This document shows positions 16,963 to 26,747 of a stretch of 52,979 bases of DNA, in pieces (within the stretch, counting starts at the first letter, position 1; each line of letters starts with the position of its first letter). The notes beneath the pieces were generated by a model. It was given only the letters and a program-made list of their open reading frames with translations, ran no database searches and had not been told where the DNA came from. The position numbers and the translations under genes were made by a program. Source of the DNA: a virus (Duplodnaviria > Caudoviricetes); IMG/VR virus record IMGVR_UViG_3300031364_000003, positions 1 to 52,979 of that record, one strand, 5' to 3'.

Positions 16963-18895
16963 AGACAATTTCATGACAGATGAAGAGAAGATGTATATAA
17001 ATAACTGTATAACCCTATTAATGCATACAGTTAGCATATATGCTGAGGAATTTGATAAGCTTGAGACAATAGAGGAATTTTATGGCAACTCATATGATGA
17101 TGAAAAAGATATGCCAAATTCTAAAATGAACCTACTTAACTCAGCTATTGAGGGTATGGTTAGCCAACTAGTAGATAAAAATTTACAGACTAGTGTAAAA
17201 GGTGTAGGCCCAGAAGATGAACAGTTTGCTGCTGTCGTAAGGACTGGGGCTAATTGGATAATTAGAAATAATGATATGTTCAAGAAACTTAGCCTATATG
17301 CTAGAAGATACGTAAAATTTGGCTATGCATGGATAAAGCCTGTCTTTGACCCTTCATATGCTGGTGACTTTGGTATTTCTAAGATAATGATTCCTCCTAT
17401 AAATAGTGTGTTTGTAGATACTAATGTCACAGATGTCACAAGGCTAGAGGAGGCTTCGTTTATAGCTGAGACCATCCTGGTTGATAGACGCTATGTTATA
17501 GAGAACTATGGTCTTGATAAGGCATCAGCTCTGGATTATGGACAGAATGAGTTTAGAGATAATGGAGTATTCAAGTCTAAATTTACACCACAGGCCCAGG
17601 ATGATTCTATAGTTATAATTCAATGGTGGTCTAAAGCAGAGGGGAAACTTAGGCTACAGGAATTCTCTAGTTGTGGTGTCCTGCTTTTTGATTCTCATAA
17701 ACCTGGGGATAGGAAAACTAACCAGAAAGATTCGGGTATAAAGAGAAAGTCTTTCTATAAATATGTAGGAGATAAGTATCCATATTTCTTAGATGTTAAG
17801 TATTCTGTAGAAGGTATGCTGCTTGGCTTTGGCGATGGATGGTTACTTATACCATTACAGAAAGCTATAAATGAGCTGTATGACAAAATAAGGATACAGA
17901 TGCGTCCACATTTAATAGCTGTGGATAACATGAGTGATATAGACATTGAGAGCTTTGATGAAAACTCATTTGAACCTGTATATTTCGATGGTGCTCAGGT
18001 AAGTGGCCGTGACCCTGTTAAATATATACCTTGGGGGACTATAACTAATGATATGTTTCAGCTTATAGATATGATACATCTAGAGGCCCAGAGGGTTATA
18101 AGGTTCTCGAACACTATGATAGGGCAGGGCCAGGCTGAGACTGCTACAGAAGCAGCAATTCAGCAGCAACAAGGTAACTCGCATATAGATCATGAGAAGA
18201 CTAAGCTTGAGCATACTATGGCTGATGTAATTAAGTATTGTATAGGAATGATGATGGAATTATCTAAATCTGGAAAATCTCTAAGGATAAATAATGATAA
18301 AGATGAATATGAGTGGGTAGACTTTAGACAATTTGCTAAGGTTCCTGTTCAGATTCCTGCGACTGCTGAGTATACTAAGCAATATACTACAGCTAACCCA
18401 GGAGTTGAGCCACCTAAATATCAAACAGTTGAAGAAAATGGTAAAACAATAACCAAGTGTATAGAGCTTGATCTCGATATATCTGTAGGTTCTGGACTTC
18501 CTAAGAATCCAGCGTTTCTATGGACTATGATAGAAAAGCTAGCACAGCTTATGGTTATAGATACTGATGAACAACAGCCTGTTCCTAAGCCTGCTATAAA
18601 CTGGGCAGAGATTAGAGACTTTATGAAAAATATTCTTGGTATACCTATTAAAGATGATGACCAGATGAAAAAGTTTGTAGAGACTATGAACAAGCTTAAG
18701 GTTCAACAGATGCAAAAGGTTAAAGGTGCTGGGTCTATTACGCCTAACCAGAATATAGCCCCTGGGCCTGGAGGTATGGGTGGAAATCAGCCAGAAGAGC
18801 AGCCAGGGACTCAGAATCTAACTGCTGGTGGAGGTATGCAGCAATCTATGCAGCAGGAAACTATGGGCCAGAGCGGAGGAATGCCAAATGGCTAA
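16904..18895 (+). CDS. Portal protein (P22-like)
   Basis: ~660 aa upstream of scaffold and capsid; G.AW.K, V..D, Q..INE, G....TATEA..QQ; Q/G-rich tail; AGGAGG SD before 16904. Confidence 0.85.
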   Translation: MSMATSEEIKRWRDQKEYTRDNFMTDEEKMYINNCITLLMHTVSIYAEEFDKLETIEEFYGNSYDDEKDMPNSKMNLLNSAIEGMVSQLVDKNLQTSVKGVGPEDEQFAAVVRTGANWIIRNNDMFKKLSLYARRYVKFGYAWIKPVFDPSYAGDFGISKIMIPPINSVFVDTNVTDVTRLEEASFIAETILVDRRYVIENYGLDKASALDYGQNEFRDNGVFKSKFTPQAQDDSIVIIQWWSKAEGKLRLQEFSSCGVLLFDSHKPGDRKTNQKDSGIKRKSFYKYVGDKYPYFLDVKYSVEGMLLGFGDGWLLIPLQKAINELYDKIRIQMRPHLIAVDNMSDIDIESFDENSFEPVYFDGAQVSGRDPVKYIPWGTITNDMFQLIDMIHLEAQRVIRFSNTMIGQGQAETATEAAIQQQQGNSHIDHEKTKLEHTMADVIKYCIGMMMELSKSGKSLRINNDKDEYEWVDFRQFAKVPVQIPATAEYTKQYTTANPGVEPPKYQTVEENGKTITKCIELDLDISVGSGLPKNPAFLWTMIEKLAQLMVIDTDEQQPVPKPAINWAEIRDFMKNILGIPIKDDDQMKKFVETMNKLKVQQMQKVKGAGSITPNQNIAPGPGGMGGNQPEEQPGTQNLTAGGGMQQSMQQETMGQSGGMPNG

Positions 18896-19280
18896 TGACA
18901 GACAGCATAACAATTTAATAAAGATTCTATTTGACGGGTCTAAGCATCTTAAGCATGTCTTAAGTGATGAAGAGATACGGAATATGACAATGATAGAAGC
19001 TAGATTCCCGTTGACTAAGCTGCCTGTCTGCGGACACTGCGAGGCTTTAGGGCTGTGGACTAAAGATGCTATAACTCTAAAGCCTGTGGGATACTGTAAA
19101 AAGTGCGGAACATATACTAAAAAACCTATGACATATAGCTCTTATCTAGCTTCTGGATATGATATAGACAGGACTGGAGATTCATTCAGGCGTATGGCTA
19201 TTGTAGATAAGGAGTGTGAAGAATACAAAAGGAGAGTGTATTTACCAGACTTTAATAGATTGGAGGAGATGTGTAAATGA
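18888..19280 (+). CDS. Hypothetical zinc-binding protein
   Basis: CGHC..CKKC; GGAGG SD. Confidence 0.7.
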   Translation: MANDRQHNNLIKILFDGSKHLKHVLSDEEIRNMTMIEARFPLTKLPVCGHCEALGLWTKDAITLKPVGYCKKCGTYTKKPMTYSSYLASGYDIDRTGDSFRRMAIVDKECEEYKRRVYLPDFNRLEEMCK

Positions 19281-19675
19281 CCAGAGAAGATTTCGAGGAA
19301 ATAAACGGGAAAACTGAGCAGCTAAATAATCTGTATATGAATAACACAACTAAGAAGATCATAATAACAGAGCTTGAATGGCTAGATAGCTATCCATATA
19401 AGACAACCAAGCTAGATGGCCTTGTAACACCTTTATCTTTAGGTATAACAGATAGGTATTTTGGAGGCCAGGCAAATAAAGCTGCTAAAGTAAAAGATAA
19501 GCCTTTCTATATTCTAGCCAATAACCAAGGGATAACTATAGGCCTGCTTATTAAGAATGATGATTTACCAAAGCTTAGCTATAATGAGCTACAGAAACTA
19601 GCTGCTAAGTACAAACTTAAATGTGGCAAGAATGCTAAAAAGGAAGATATCATTGCCGAACTATTGACAAATTAG
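19277..19675 (+). CDS. Protein with C-terminal HeH (SAP/Rho-N-like) motif
   Basis: LPKLSYNELQKLAAKY...AKKEDIIAEL. Confidence 0.7.
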   Translation: MTREDFEEINGKTEQLNNLYMNNTTKKIIITELEWLDSYPYKTTKLDGLVTPLSLGITDRYFGGQANKAAKVKDKPFYILANNQGITIGLLIKNDDLPKLSYNELQKLAAKYKLKCGKNAKKEDIIAELLTN

Positions 19676-19692
19676 TAAAAATATGTTAAAAT
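19664..19692 (+). promoter_or_regulatory. sigmaA promoter for the head operon
   Basis: TTGACA-17-TAAAAT with TG extension. Confidence 0.75.
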
Positions 19693-19746
19693 AGGAGCAT
19701 GATGGTAATGTCCATTTCTACTCCTATTCCAGGGGAGGTTAATAAC

Positions 19747-20517
19747 ATGGGTGAACAAACTAACACAAATCCTACACCCGAAACTCAAGAAGCTCAGACA
19801 ACAACAACTGAAAATACAGAGAACCTAGAAACTCAAGAAACAGAAACTCAGGAAACTCAGCAAACTGAAACTCAGGAAACTCAGCAAACTGAAACTCCTG
19901 GAACTGTGCCATTAGCTACTTTTTTAGAAGTTAAAAACAACTTAAGAAGTTTAAAAGCTAAGATGGCAGATATTGAAGATTCTAAATATTCTGATGAACT
20001 TAGAAGTCAGAAAGAGAGAGTCTATAACAAATGGATTGATAATGGGTTTGATGAGGACACTGCCAAAGCCATATCCGAAGAGATAGCAGGAGTCTATGAA
20101 GAGCTTGGAAAAGCCAAGAAAACTCAAGGTGATCTATTTATTTCTGAACAGATAGATGAATTATCGACGGATGATTTCTACTCTGATATCAAGAAATATG
20201 AAGGTCAGATCAAGTCCAAAATTAAGCAATTCAAAAAAGCTGGCGAACAAATCTCTGTAGAGGATGCCTATGTTTTGATTGCTGGGCCTAAAACAAAGAT
20301 GCGTGAAGACAGGATAAGGAATGAGGCTATTAAGTCCACATCATCTCAAGGTACTGGTAACACTAATGTTGCTACTGCATCAGGCTCAAAAATGCAAAAT
20401 TCATACAAGTTAGATGCTAACGACAAAAAGGCTTTAGCCGAACTTAAGAAAATGCAACCAAGCTTTAATTGGGATGAAAAGAAATATTACGAGTCAATGG
20501 TAAAAGATCGTAACTAA
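19747..20517 (+). CDS. Capsid scaffolding protein
   Basis: Acidic ETQ-repeat N-terminus; VPLATF helical body; lies between portal and capsid; GGGGAGG SD. Confidence 0.75.
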   Translation: MGEQTNTNPTPETQEAQTTTTENTENLETQETETQETQQTETQETQQTETPGTVPLATFLEVKNNLRSLKAKMADIEDSKYSDELRSQKERVYNKWIDNGFDEDTAKAISEEIAGVYEELGKAKKTQGDLFISEQIDELSTDDFYSDIKKYEGQIKSKIKQFKKAGEQISVEDAYVLIAGPKTKMREDRIRNEAIKSTSSQGTGNTNVATASGSKMQNSYKLDANDKKALAELKKMQPSFNWDEKKYYESMVKDRN

Positions 20518-20555
20518 GGGGACAAAACTCCCCTTAGACAGAGGGGAGGAAAAAC

Positions 20556-21068
20556 ATGCCTGCCAATAATTTTAATTTCAGAAATAAAAAAGGAACTATG
20601 ATTCCTATGTATGTCGGTACAACTGACGAAGTTTATTCTAGCGATATAGGAAGAATAGTTTTCAGAGCAACTACAGTTAATCAAGTTAGCTTATGCTGTA
20701 CTGATTCAGATGGATTGTCAACAACTCCTATTGCTGGGTTTATTGCTGCTGTTCCTACAGCTACAACCAGAGGAACAACAACTCCTGCTGTGCCTATTTA
20801 TATATATAAATTAGACCCACAGTTAGAGTTAGAGGCTAAATATACTACAGCTAATGGTGGTGGACATCCTGCTTCGTCTGACTTAGGAAAGTATATAGGT
20901 TTCTATATCTCAACTACTACAGTTACAGGGCTACAGCTTGATATGACTTATTGTTCTCAAAATCCTGGTACATCAAATGCTTTATGGTTCCAGATTTCAG
21001 GTTACAGTACCAATAGGAGAATAGTTTATGGATATCCTGTTGCTGCTAGTTCATGTCTCTGGTTATAA
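20556..21068 (+). CDS. Probable capsid decoration/cement protein, Ser/Thr-rich
   Basis: Lies between scaffold and major capsid gene; beta-rich. Confidence 0.6.
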   Translation: MPANNFNFRNKKGTMIPMYVGTTDEVYSSDIGRIVFRATTVNQVSLCCTDSDGLSTTPIAGFIAAVPTATTRGTTTPAVPIYIYKLDPQLELEAKYTTANGGGHPASSDLGKYIGFYISTTTVTGLQLDMTYCSQNPGTSNALWFQISGYSTNRRIVYGYPVAASSCLWL

Positions 21069-21083
21069 GAAAGGGGGATAATT

Positions 21084-21980
21084 ATGGCTTATATGATGAC
21101 TGCGGATATTTCCAGGATGTTGCTTGCTGGACAGAAGGAAATATTCATGAGAAATATGGAATCTTATCCTATTGAGTATCCCGGTTTCACAACCAGAAAA
21201 GACAGTAACAAGCAGGCTGAGACTTATGATTCTATGGGAAACTTGAAAGCTGCCGCTCTAAAAGTTGAGGCAGATAAGATTACATATGGTAAGGTTACAC
21301 AGGCTTACCAGACTACAATTACTAACTACACCTGGGCAAACGGTTTTGAGGTAACAATGGAGGCTTCAAAATATGACCTCTACGGTGCTGTCAACTCCGT
21401 GAAAGCCAAAGAGCTTGCAAGGACAATGAGAGAGCTTGAGGAAACTAATGCTATATACTATGTAGATAATGCTACATCAGTAAACTTAGCTGATGGGGTT
21501 CCTTTGGGTTCAAATTCTCATCCACTTGTAGATTCAGATGCTCTTAATGATACGCTTGCTACAAGCTCTACAATTGAAGACCCTGATAACCACAAAACTA
21601 TGATTAACATGTTCTATGCATTCAAGAACCATGCCGGAGGCCCAATGAAAGCTACACCTAGGAAGGCTTTGACTCATTTCGTTAATCAGTTAACTGTTGA
21701 GGAAGTATATGGGTCTATGAATAAGCCACAGGAAATGTCAAACACAAAAAATGTACTTCCAAAATTACAATGGACATATTCTACTTATATGTCGTCTCAA
21801 ACTGCTTGGATGATGTGGGATACAAGCTTTGAGCACATTATAATGCAATGGTTTGAAGGTACAAGCTTCGACGCTGATACTGACAAAATTTACACAAAGA
21901 ACATGTACTTCAATGCTATAGCAATGTATGGCATTGGTTGTCTTCCAAATATAGGCATCGTATACAATGCTGGTGCATAA
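21084..21980 (+). CDS. Major capsid protein (HK97 fold, Mu gpT-like)
   Basis: S.KQAE, K.E...I.Y, LARTM, ADGVPL.S.SHP, Y.SSQTAW. Confidence 0.85.
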   Translation: MAYMMTADISRMLLAGQKEIFMRNMESYPIEYPGFTTRKDSNKQAETYDSMGNLKAAALKVEADKITYGKVTQAYQTTITNYTWANGFEVTMEASKYDLYGAVNSVKAKELARTMRELEETNAIYYVDNATSVNLADGVPLGSNSHPLVDSDALNDTLATSSTIEDPDNHKTMINMFYAFKNHAGGPMKATPRKALTHFVNQLTVEEVYGSMNKPQEMSNTKNVLPKLQWTYSTYMSSQTAWMMWDTSFEHIIMQWFEGTSFDADTDKIYTKNMYFNAIAMYGIGCLPNIGIVYNAGA

Positions 21981-21997
21981 GAAAGGAGTGGAATTGA

Positions 21998-22495
21998 ATG
22001 CCTAAAAATGTTATCGGAACTACTTTATCAACAAGTTTCCACGGCAGTACAGATTATCCAATCTTTGCGCCTGCTGGATGGTGTTACTTAAGGCAACAGG
22101 TAGAGGCTCATGCATGGACTTCTGATGGGCTTGACCCATCTACAGCATCATGTTATGGAGTTAGTTATATAACTGGTACATATGGTACAGATGGTGGGGC
22201 ATGCCCTTTGACAGTAGCTGCTCCAAAACCAGGATGTATAAAGACAGTTGTTTTAGATACAACTAAGACTTCTACAGATTTACCATACATTGATTTAACT
22301 ACAGCTTGTGGCTTATTAAGTGCTGGTTCGTCTGGATATAACTTTATCAACTTTAGTTCTCTTGCATCAGATGTCCAGAGTGTAACGCTTATAGGTTTAA
22401 CTACAGCTTATTGGGGACTATTGGCAATTGCTGGTTCTACATTGTTCTGGCAGAATGCTGCTGGCATCAGATCATCTACAACACCTAGTTCATAA
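21998..22495 (+). CDS. Virion structural protein, Ser/Thr-rich
   Basis: AAGGAG SD; follows the capsid gene. Confidence 0.7.
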   Translation: MPKNVIGTTLSTSFHGSTDYPIFAPAGWCYLRQQVEAHAWTSDGLDPSTASCYGVSYITGTYGTDGGACPLTVAAPKPGCIKTVVLDTTKTSTDLPYIDLTTACGLLSAGSSGYNFINFSSLASDVQSVTLIGLTTAYWGLLAIAGSTLFWQNAAGIRSSTTPSS

Positions 22496-22518
22496 GGGAG
22501 GCCCTACGGGGCCTTTAT
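22494..22518 (+). terminator. Hairpin or terminator after the head genes
   Basis: GCCC-TACG-GGGC followed by CTTTATT. Confidence 0.55.
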
Positions 22519-22536
22519 TACTATTAGGAGGCTGAA

Positions 22537-23367
22537 ATGAAAAGTAAAATATTAAGGCGTAATGTATCAAATACTATAAAAATACAAAAGTTTAAGAAAT
22601 ATGCCCTTGACTATATAAAAGATGCATATAAATCTTGTGTTCTATTTTTTAGTTATTTTCAGATTAGCGGGAAATATAGAGGCAAATGCTGCCGAATTAT
22701 AAGGGGCTCTGATTATACTGCAAAAGATATATATTTTGTAGCTGGGTACATTGATTATAAAGCTGTTGAATCTTTTTGTTCTGGCACAACTGGGAAAGTT
22801 ATCATTATTTATAATCAGAGTAAAGTTTCAGGTGCTCAAAATGCTATACAAACTACATATAATAATATGCCTATAATTTATGAAAGTGGAGCATTTTTGA
22901 GTGATGGATTTAAGTTTGTAGCTGCTGATAATAGATACATGAGTGTTGTTGATTATGCAGGGATACAATTAATAGAACCACCAATAACTATATATATGAA
23001 TTTTTATCATGGTGATAATGGATATGTATTTGCTAAAAGAGATGGAGCAATTAGACAATATGGAGAAGCTTCATTTGGATTAGAAAATTATTCATATTGG
23101 TATGATTCAACAAATAGAATATTAGCTAGAAATTCAAATCCAGAAAAATTTATGTCTTGTTGGCAAAATAAAACAGCTAATGGATTTATACAAAAGAATT
23201 CAGGATTAATTACTAATATAACAACAATTTCAGATACCTTAACAAATGTGTCTGTATTTACATTAGGTGCTGGCGGTGGATTATATTTTGGTGGAAACAT
23301 TAAGACACTAGCAATATTCAACTCAGACCAATATAACAACTATACTGAATTAGCAGCATTAATATAA
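22537..23367 (+). CDS. Beta-sandwich (ConA/LamG-like) virion protein
   Basis: YNQS..NAIQTT..P.I and YFGGNI..LAIFN patterns; AT-richer than its neighbours. Confidence 0.55.
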   Translation: MKSKILRRNVSNTIKIQKFKKYALDYIKDAYKSCVLFFSYFQISGKYRGKCCRIIRGSDYTAKDIYFVAGYIDYKAVESFCSGTTGKVIIIYNQSKVSGAQNAIQTTYNNMPIIYESGAFLSDGFKFVAADNRYMSVVDYAGIQLIEPPITIYMNFYHGDNGYVFAKRDGAIRQYGEASFGLENYSYWYDSTNRILARNSNPEKFMSCWQNKTANGFIQKNSGLITNITTISDTLTNVSVFTLGAGGGLYFGGNIKTLAIFNSDQYNNYTELAALI

Positions 23368-23383
23368 AAAAGGAGGAATTTTT

Positions 23384-23647
23384 ATGAAAGCTTTATACAC
23401 AGGTACAGATGAGAATAATGCCCAAACAAGGGCCCAGGAACAATTAGATATAGTAAATGAAAATTTACATCAATACAACCCTGATATTAACTGGGATACG
23501 TTAAGAAGGTTAACAGCTAACCCAGAGATTGAAGAGGTTACATATTATTGGATGTTTGAAAAACCTGCACCAAATATAGAAGATGGTTATAGTGCTGACT
23601 TAGAAGCATCATATGACCCTAATTGGTTTATACCAGAAGAACTGTAA
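23384..23647 (+). CDS. Hypothetical acidic protein
   Basis: AGGAGG SD. Confidence 0.75.
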   Translation: MKALYTGTDENNAQTRAQEQLDIVNENLHQYNPDINWDTLRRLTANPEIEEVTYYWMFEKPAPNIEDGYSADLEASYDPNWFIPEEL

Positions 23648-23680
23648 ACATTCAAAATGAAGATATTAGGAGGTGAGAGA

Positions 23681-24019
23681 ATGTATTCTAGAGATGTCTT
23701 TAAGAAGATAATTGCTATAGTCCCTGAAACTATTGCTTCTACGGCAACATCTACAGATTACAAGGCTGGGCTTATATCGTCTACAAGGCTCAGGACGCTA
23801 AATGGCTCAAGTTCTAGATATTGGGGGGCTAATTTTTCTGTAACTATTGAAGCTACTACAGGAGCTATATATATATTACCGAGTGAGGACGCTGAGCCTA
23901 CAAGTACTAATGCATTCAAGCTTCATGAAGGAAACAGTATTGATTTAAGAGTAACTGATTTCTTATCAGTAAAAGGTGACTCAACAACTGCCCAACTACA
24001 AGCAATAGTCTGGGAATAG
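23681..24019 (+). CDS. Structural protein, Ser/Thr-rich
   Basis: AGGAGGTG SD before 23681. Confidence 0.7.
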   Translation: MYSRDVFKKIIAIVPETIASTATSTDYKAGLISSTRLRTLNGSSSRYWGANFSVTIEATTGAIYILPSEDAEPTSTNAFKLHEGNSIDLRVTDFLSVKGDSTTAQLQAIVWE

Positions 24020-24030
24020 GGGGTGTATTT

Positions 24031-24366
24031 ATGAGTGAATGGTATTTATTTACTGGTGCGGCATCAAGCGATGCATTAGCTACAGCATCTAGTTTTCTCG
24101 GAATAGTAAATAGCAACTTTAGAAAATATAACTCTGATGCTGATTGGATGATAGAACCTATATCTCTTGATACTACAGCTACAGCTTCAAGAACGATAGG
24201 GACAACTGTTATGTATTATGGAATGCCATCTCCGCCAACTTATTTGTTAACTAATACTTCTAATTCTACATATGCTGCGGCTACAAGTTGGAGCATAGCA
24301 TGGTTTTCTACCCAGACAATACTTGACTTCTTACTTAAGGAGGCTAAATTATGGGGAAAACTATAG
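24031..24366 (+). CDS. Structural protein, very Ser/Thr-rich
   Basis: SD present; about 30 of 111 residues are S/T by hand count. Confidence 0.7.
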   Translation: MSEWYLFTGAASSDALATASSFLGIVNSNFRKYNSDADWMIEPISLDTTATASRTIGTTVMYYGMPSPPTYLLTNTSNSTYAAATSWSIAWFSTQTILDFLLKEAKLWGKL

Positions 24367-24995
24367 CAACTATTATCTCATGGGCTGATGAAGTAATTCC
24401 GAATAAGCTATCTTCAACATCCAAAATAGCATTTTTGTCTGATTTGCTTGGAGATGGTAATTTTAGGAAATACAATGATGAAGAACTCCAGTACGATTTC
24501 TATGTGTCTACACATACAGCTGAGTATGATATGCCAAGGGGGATAAAGATTGCTGATCTTACATATGTAGGTATATCTGCAACTACATATAATACTACAA
24601 ACCAAATACGCTCTACTACTCCATTTACAGAATACAGGTATGTAGGTATAGATGATGAGGGTATAGGATACACAGCTTATACATCAAAGTTGGCTTTTGT
24701 TCCAAAGCCTTCTGGTAAGTATCATGCAACGCTTAAGTATAGGCCATATTATGGGCCTTATACAGCATCTTCGGATACTACGACAATAATTGTAGCTAAT
24801 AACAACTTAATAAACTATCTACAATATAAGCTTTCAGCTATGATATGCCAGGCTATGGCGTTCCCAAGGATTGATTTAGCAAATAACTTTGAGCTTTCTG
24901 CTGAGTATGAACTTATGAAAGCAAGAACTCAATACTATAAATATAAGAGAATCACAGGTAAGAAACATCTTAGTTATAAAAGGTGGTGGGATTAA
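24351..24995 (+). CDS. Probable head-tail adaptor
   Basis: Helix-beta-helix layout with EYDMP and LQY.L motifs; directly upstream of the hub gene. Confidence 0.6.
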   Translation: MGKTIATIISWADEVIPNKLSSTSKIAFLSDLLGDGNFRKYNDEELQYDFYVSTHTAEYDMPRGIKIADLTYVGISATTYNTTNQIRSTTPFTEYRYVGIDDEGIGYTAYTSKLAFVPKPSGKYHATLKYRPYYGPYTASSDTTTIIVANNNLINYLQYKLSAMICQAMAFPRIDLANNFELSAEYELMKARTQYYKYKRITGKKHLSYKRWWD

Positions 24996-26455
24996 TGCCT
25001 ATATGGGATGAAATTCAGTATAAAAAAACTATGTTATCTGTAGCCTTTGGAAAAGGTATTAATACCTATAATGACCCTTTAGATTTAGCAAATGACGAGC
25101 TTACAGATTCTTTAAATATGTGTGCTGATGACTTCCCAATAATTAGAACCAGGAACGATAGAACAAGGATAACATTACCAGAGACAACACAAGCTATCTG
25201 GGGAATAGGAGCTAGAGGTAATAGCCAGATACATGTATTAAATGGGAATACGTGGCAATATGGAGTATCTACAGGAACAGCGTGGACTGAGCTTACTACA
25301 GAAATAACTGCTGGGGCTTATGCTTCTTTTGTAGAGTTTAATACACAATCTACTAAGTTTACTATTTTAGCATATTCTACAGGAGTTGTTTATAATTCCT
25401 ACTGGGATGGGACTGCTGTTTCTACATTTGCCGATGCCAACGCTCCAAGGTCTAATTTATATACGGCACACAGGTATAGGGTATATGGGATAGAGAATGA
25501 CAAGAGAACATTAAAATATTCAGCTCAAGGTGCTATAACTGACTGGACAACTGCTGGGGATGCTGGATATATAGATATAACAAATGCTAACGGGCCAGTT
25601 ACAGCTATCACTACTTATGCAGATCATCCTATTATATGGACTGATAATTCCATGCATGAGTTATATGGAACAGGGCCAGATAACTACGAGTTAGTTAATA
25701 TAAGCCATAGGATAGGCTGTGTTACTCAATTTGCTTTCTGCGAATGTGATAATAAGCTATTTTGGTTAGACTACAATGGTATATATGTCTATACTGGCGG
25801 ACTCCCATCACAAATAGCATATAAGGCATCAGGATTAATAGAAGGCATAAACTGGGTTTATAAGCATCTTATTAGAGCCGGGTCTGTAGGAGATAAGGCC
25901 TATTTTGCTATACCATACAAGTCTACAGCAAACAACAGGATTATAGTTATAGATGTAATAGAGGGAAAGGGCCAGCCTACACATACTATAAATCTGGAAG
26001 ATGGAAATTGGGTAGGCTATGTTAATAATAATGAAGCCCTATTTGGAATAGAAAACAATGGATTTATATATAACATGCACAGTACCAGGAAAGAGGGAGT
26101 AGACGGTTCTACAACTGTTGGTTCTACAGCTATTTCGTGGTCTATGGAAACTAAGCCTATAACTGATGAACTTATAGTAGAGTCCGCTGTAAGGGATATA
26201 TGGGTACAGCATTCAGGAACTACAGATGCTACTATGGAACTTGGATTTACTACTAATAGCAATAGTACTACATATACTCAGATGGCAGCTACTACAGATT
26301 TTACACATGTTGATTTCGCCATAAGGAAACAGTTATTTCCTACATCTACACAGCTTCAAGGTATGCCATTTATGAAGTTCCAGTTTAAAGGTACAGGACA
26401 CAAGAAAATATCTGGATTCCAGATAAATTTAATTTCATATGGAGGTATAAAATGA
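24995..26455 (+). CDS. Tail hub / packaged-DNA stabilisation protein (P22 gp10-like beta-propeller)
   Basis: F.KGIN, LKYSA....DW, IGC, FWLD.NGIY.Y.G. Confidence 0.75.
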   Translation: MPIWDEIQYKKTMLSVAFGKGINTYNDPLDLANDELTDSLNMCADDFPIIRTRNDRTRITLPETTQAIWGIGARGNSQIHVLNGNTWQYGVSTGTAWTELTTEITAGAYASFVEFNTQSTKFTILAYSTGVVYNSYWDGTAVSTFADANAPRSNLYTAHRYRVYGIENDKRTLKYSAQGAITDWTTAGDAGYIDITNANGPVTAITTYADHPIIWTDNSMHELYGTGPDNYELVNISHRIGCVTQFAFCECDNKLFWLDYNGIYVYTGGLPSQIAYKASGLIEGINWVYKHLIRAGSVGDKAYFAIPYKSTANNRIIVIDVIEGKGQPTHTINLEDGNWVGYVNNNEALFGIENNGFIYNMHSTRKEGVDGSTTVGSTAISWSMETKPITDELIVESAVRDIWVQHSGTTDATMELGFTTNSNSTTYTQMAATTDFTHVDFAIRKQLFPTSTQLQGMPFMKFQFKGTGHKKISGFQINLISYGGIK

Positions 26456-26661
26456 TTAAGAATTTAGGTGGGTTTACAGGCGGTAAGAACTTTAGGTCAA
26501 AGAGTGAGCTAAAGCGTAAAGCTATACAGAAGAAAGATATCCCAGGCTCTACAACTGGTGATGTGAATGGAAGCTACAGTCCTCCACATACTAAAAGGGC
26601 TGCTAAAGGCGGTGGTATGAATGCCATTAGAAAAATCAGAAAAGGTAAACTTAAGACCTAA
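26452..26661 (+). CDS. Small basic protein
   Basis: GGAGG SD; K/R-rich. Confidence 0.55.
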   Translation: MIKNLGGFTGGKNFRSKSELKRKAIQKKDIPGSTTGDVNGSYSPPHTKRAAKGGGMNAIRKIRKGKLKT

Positions 26662-26747
26662 GCTTATTAGGAAACCTATAAAAATAAAAACTAAGCCTAA
26701 AAGAGAAGAATTACCAACCCAGCCACATAGAAGGCCGGAGGTGCAAA

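Noticed and set aside
19829-19900. GAAACTCAG repeats as a regulatory array
   Set aside because: They encode the ETQ low-complexity N-terminus of the scaffold protein
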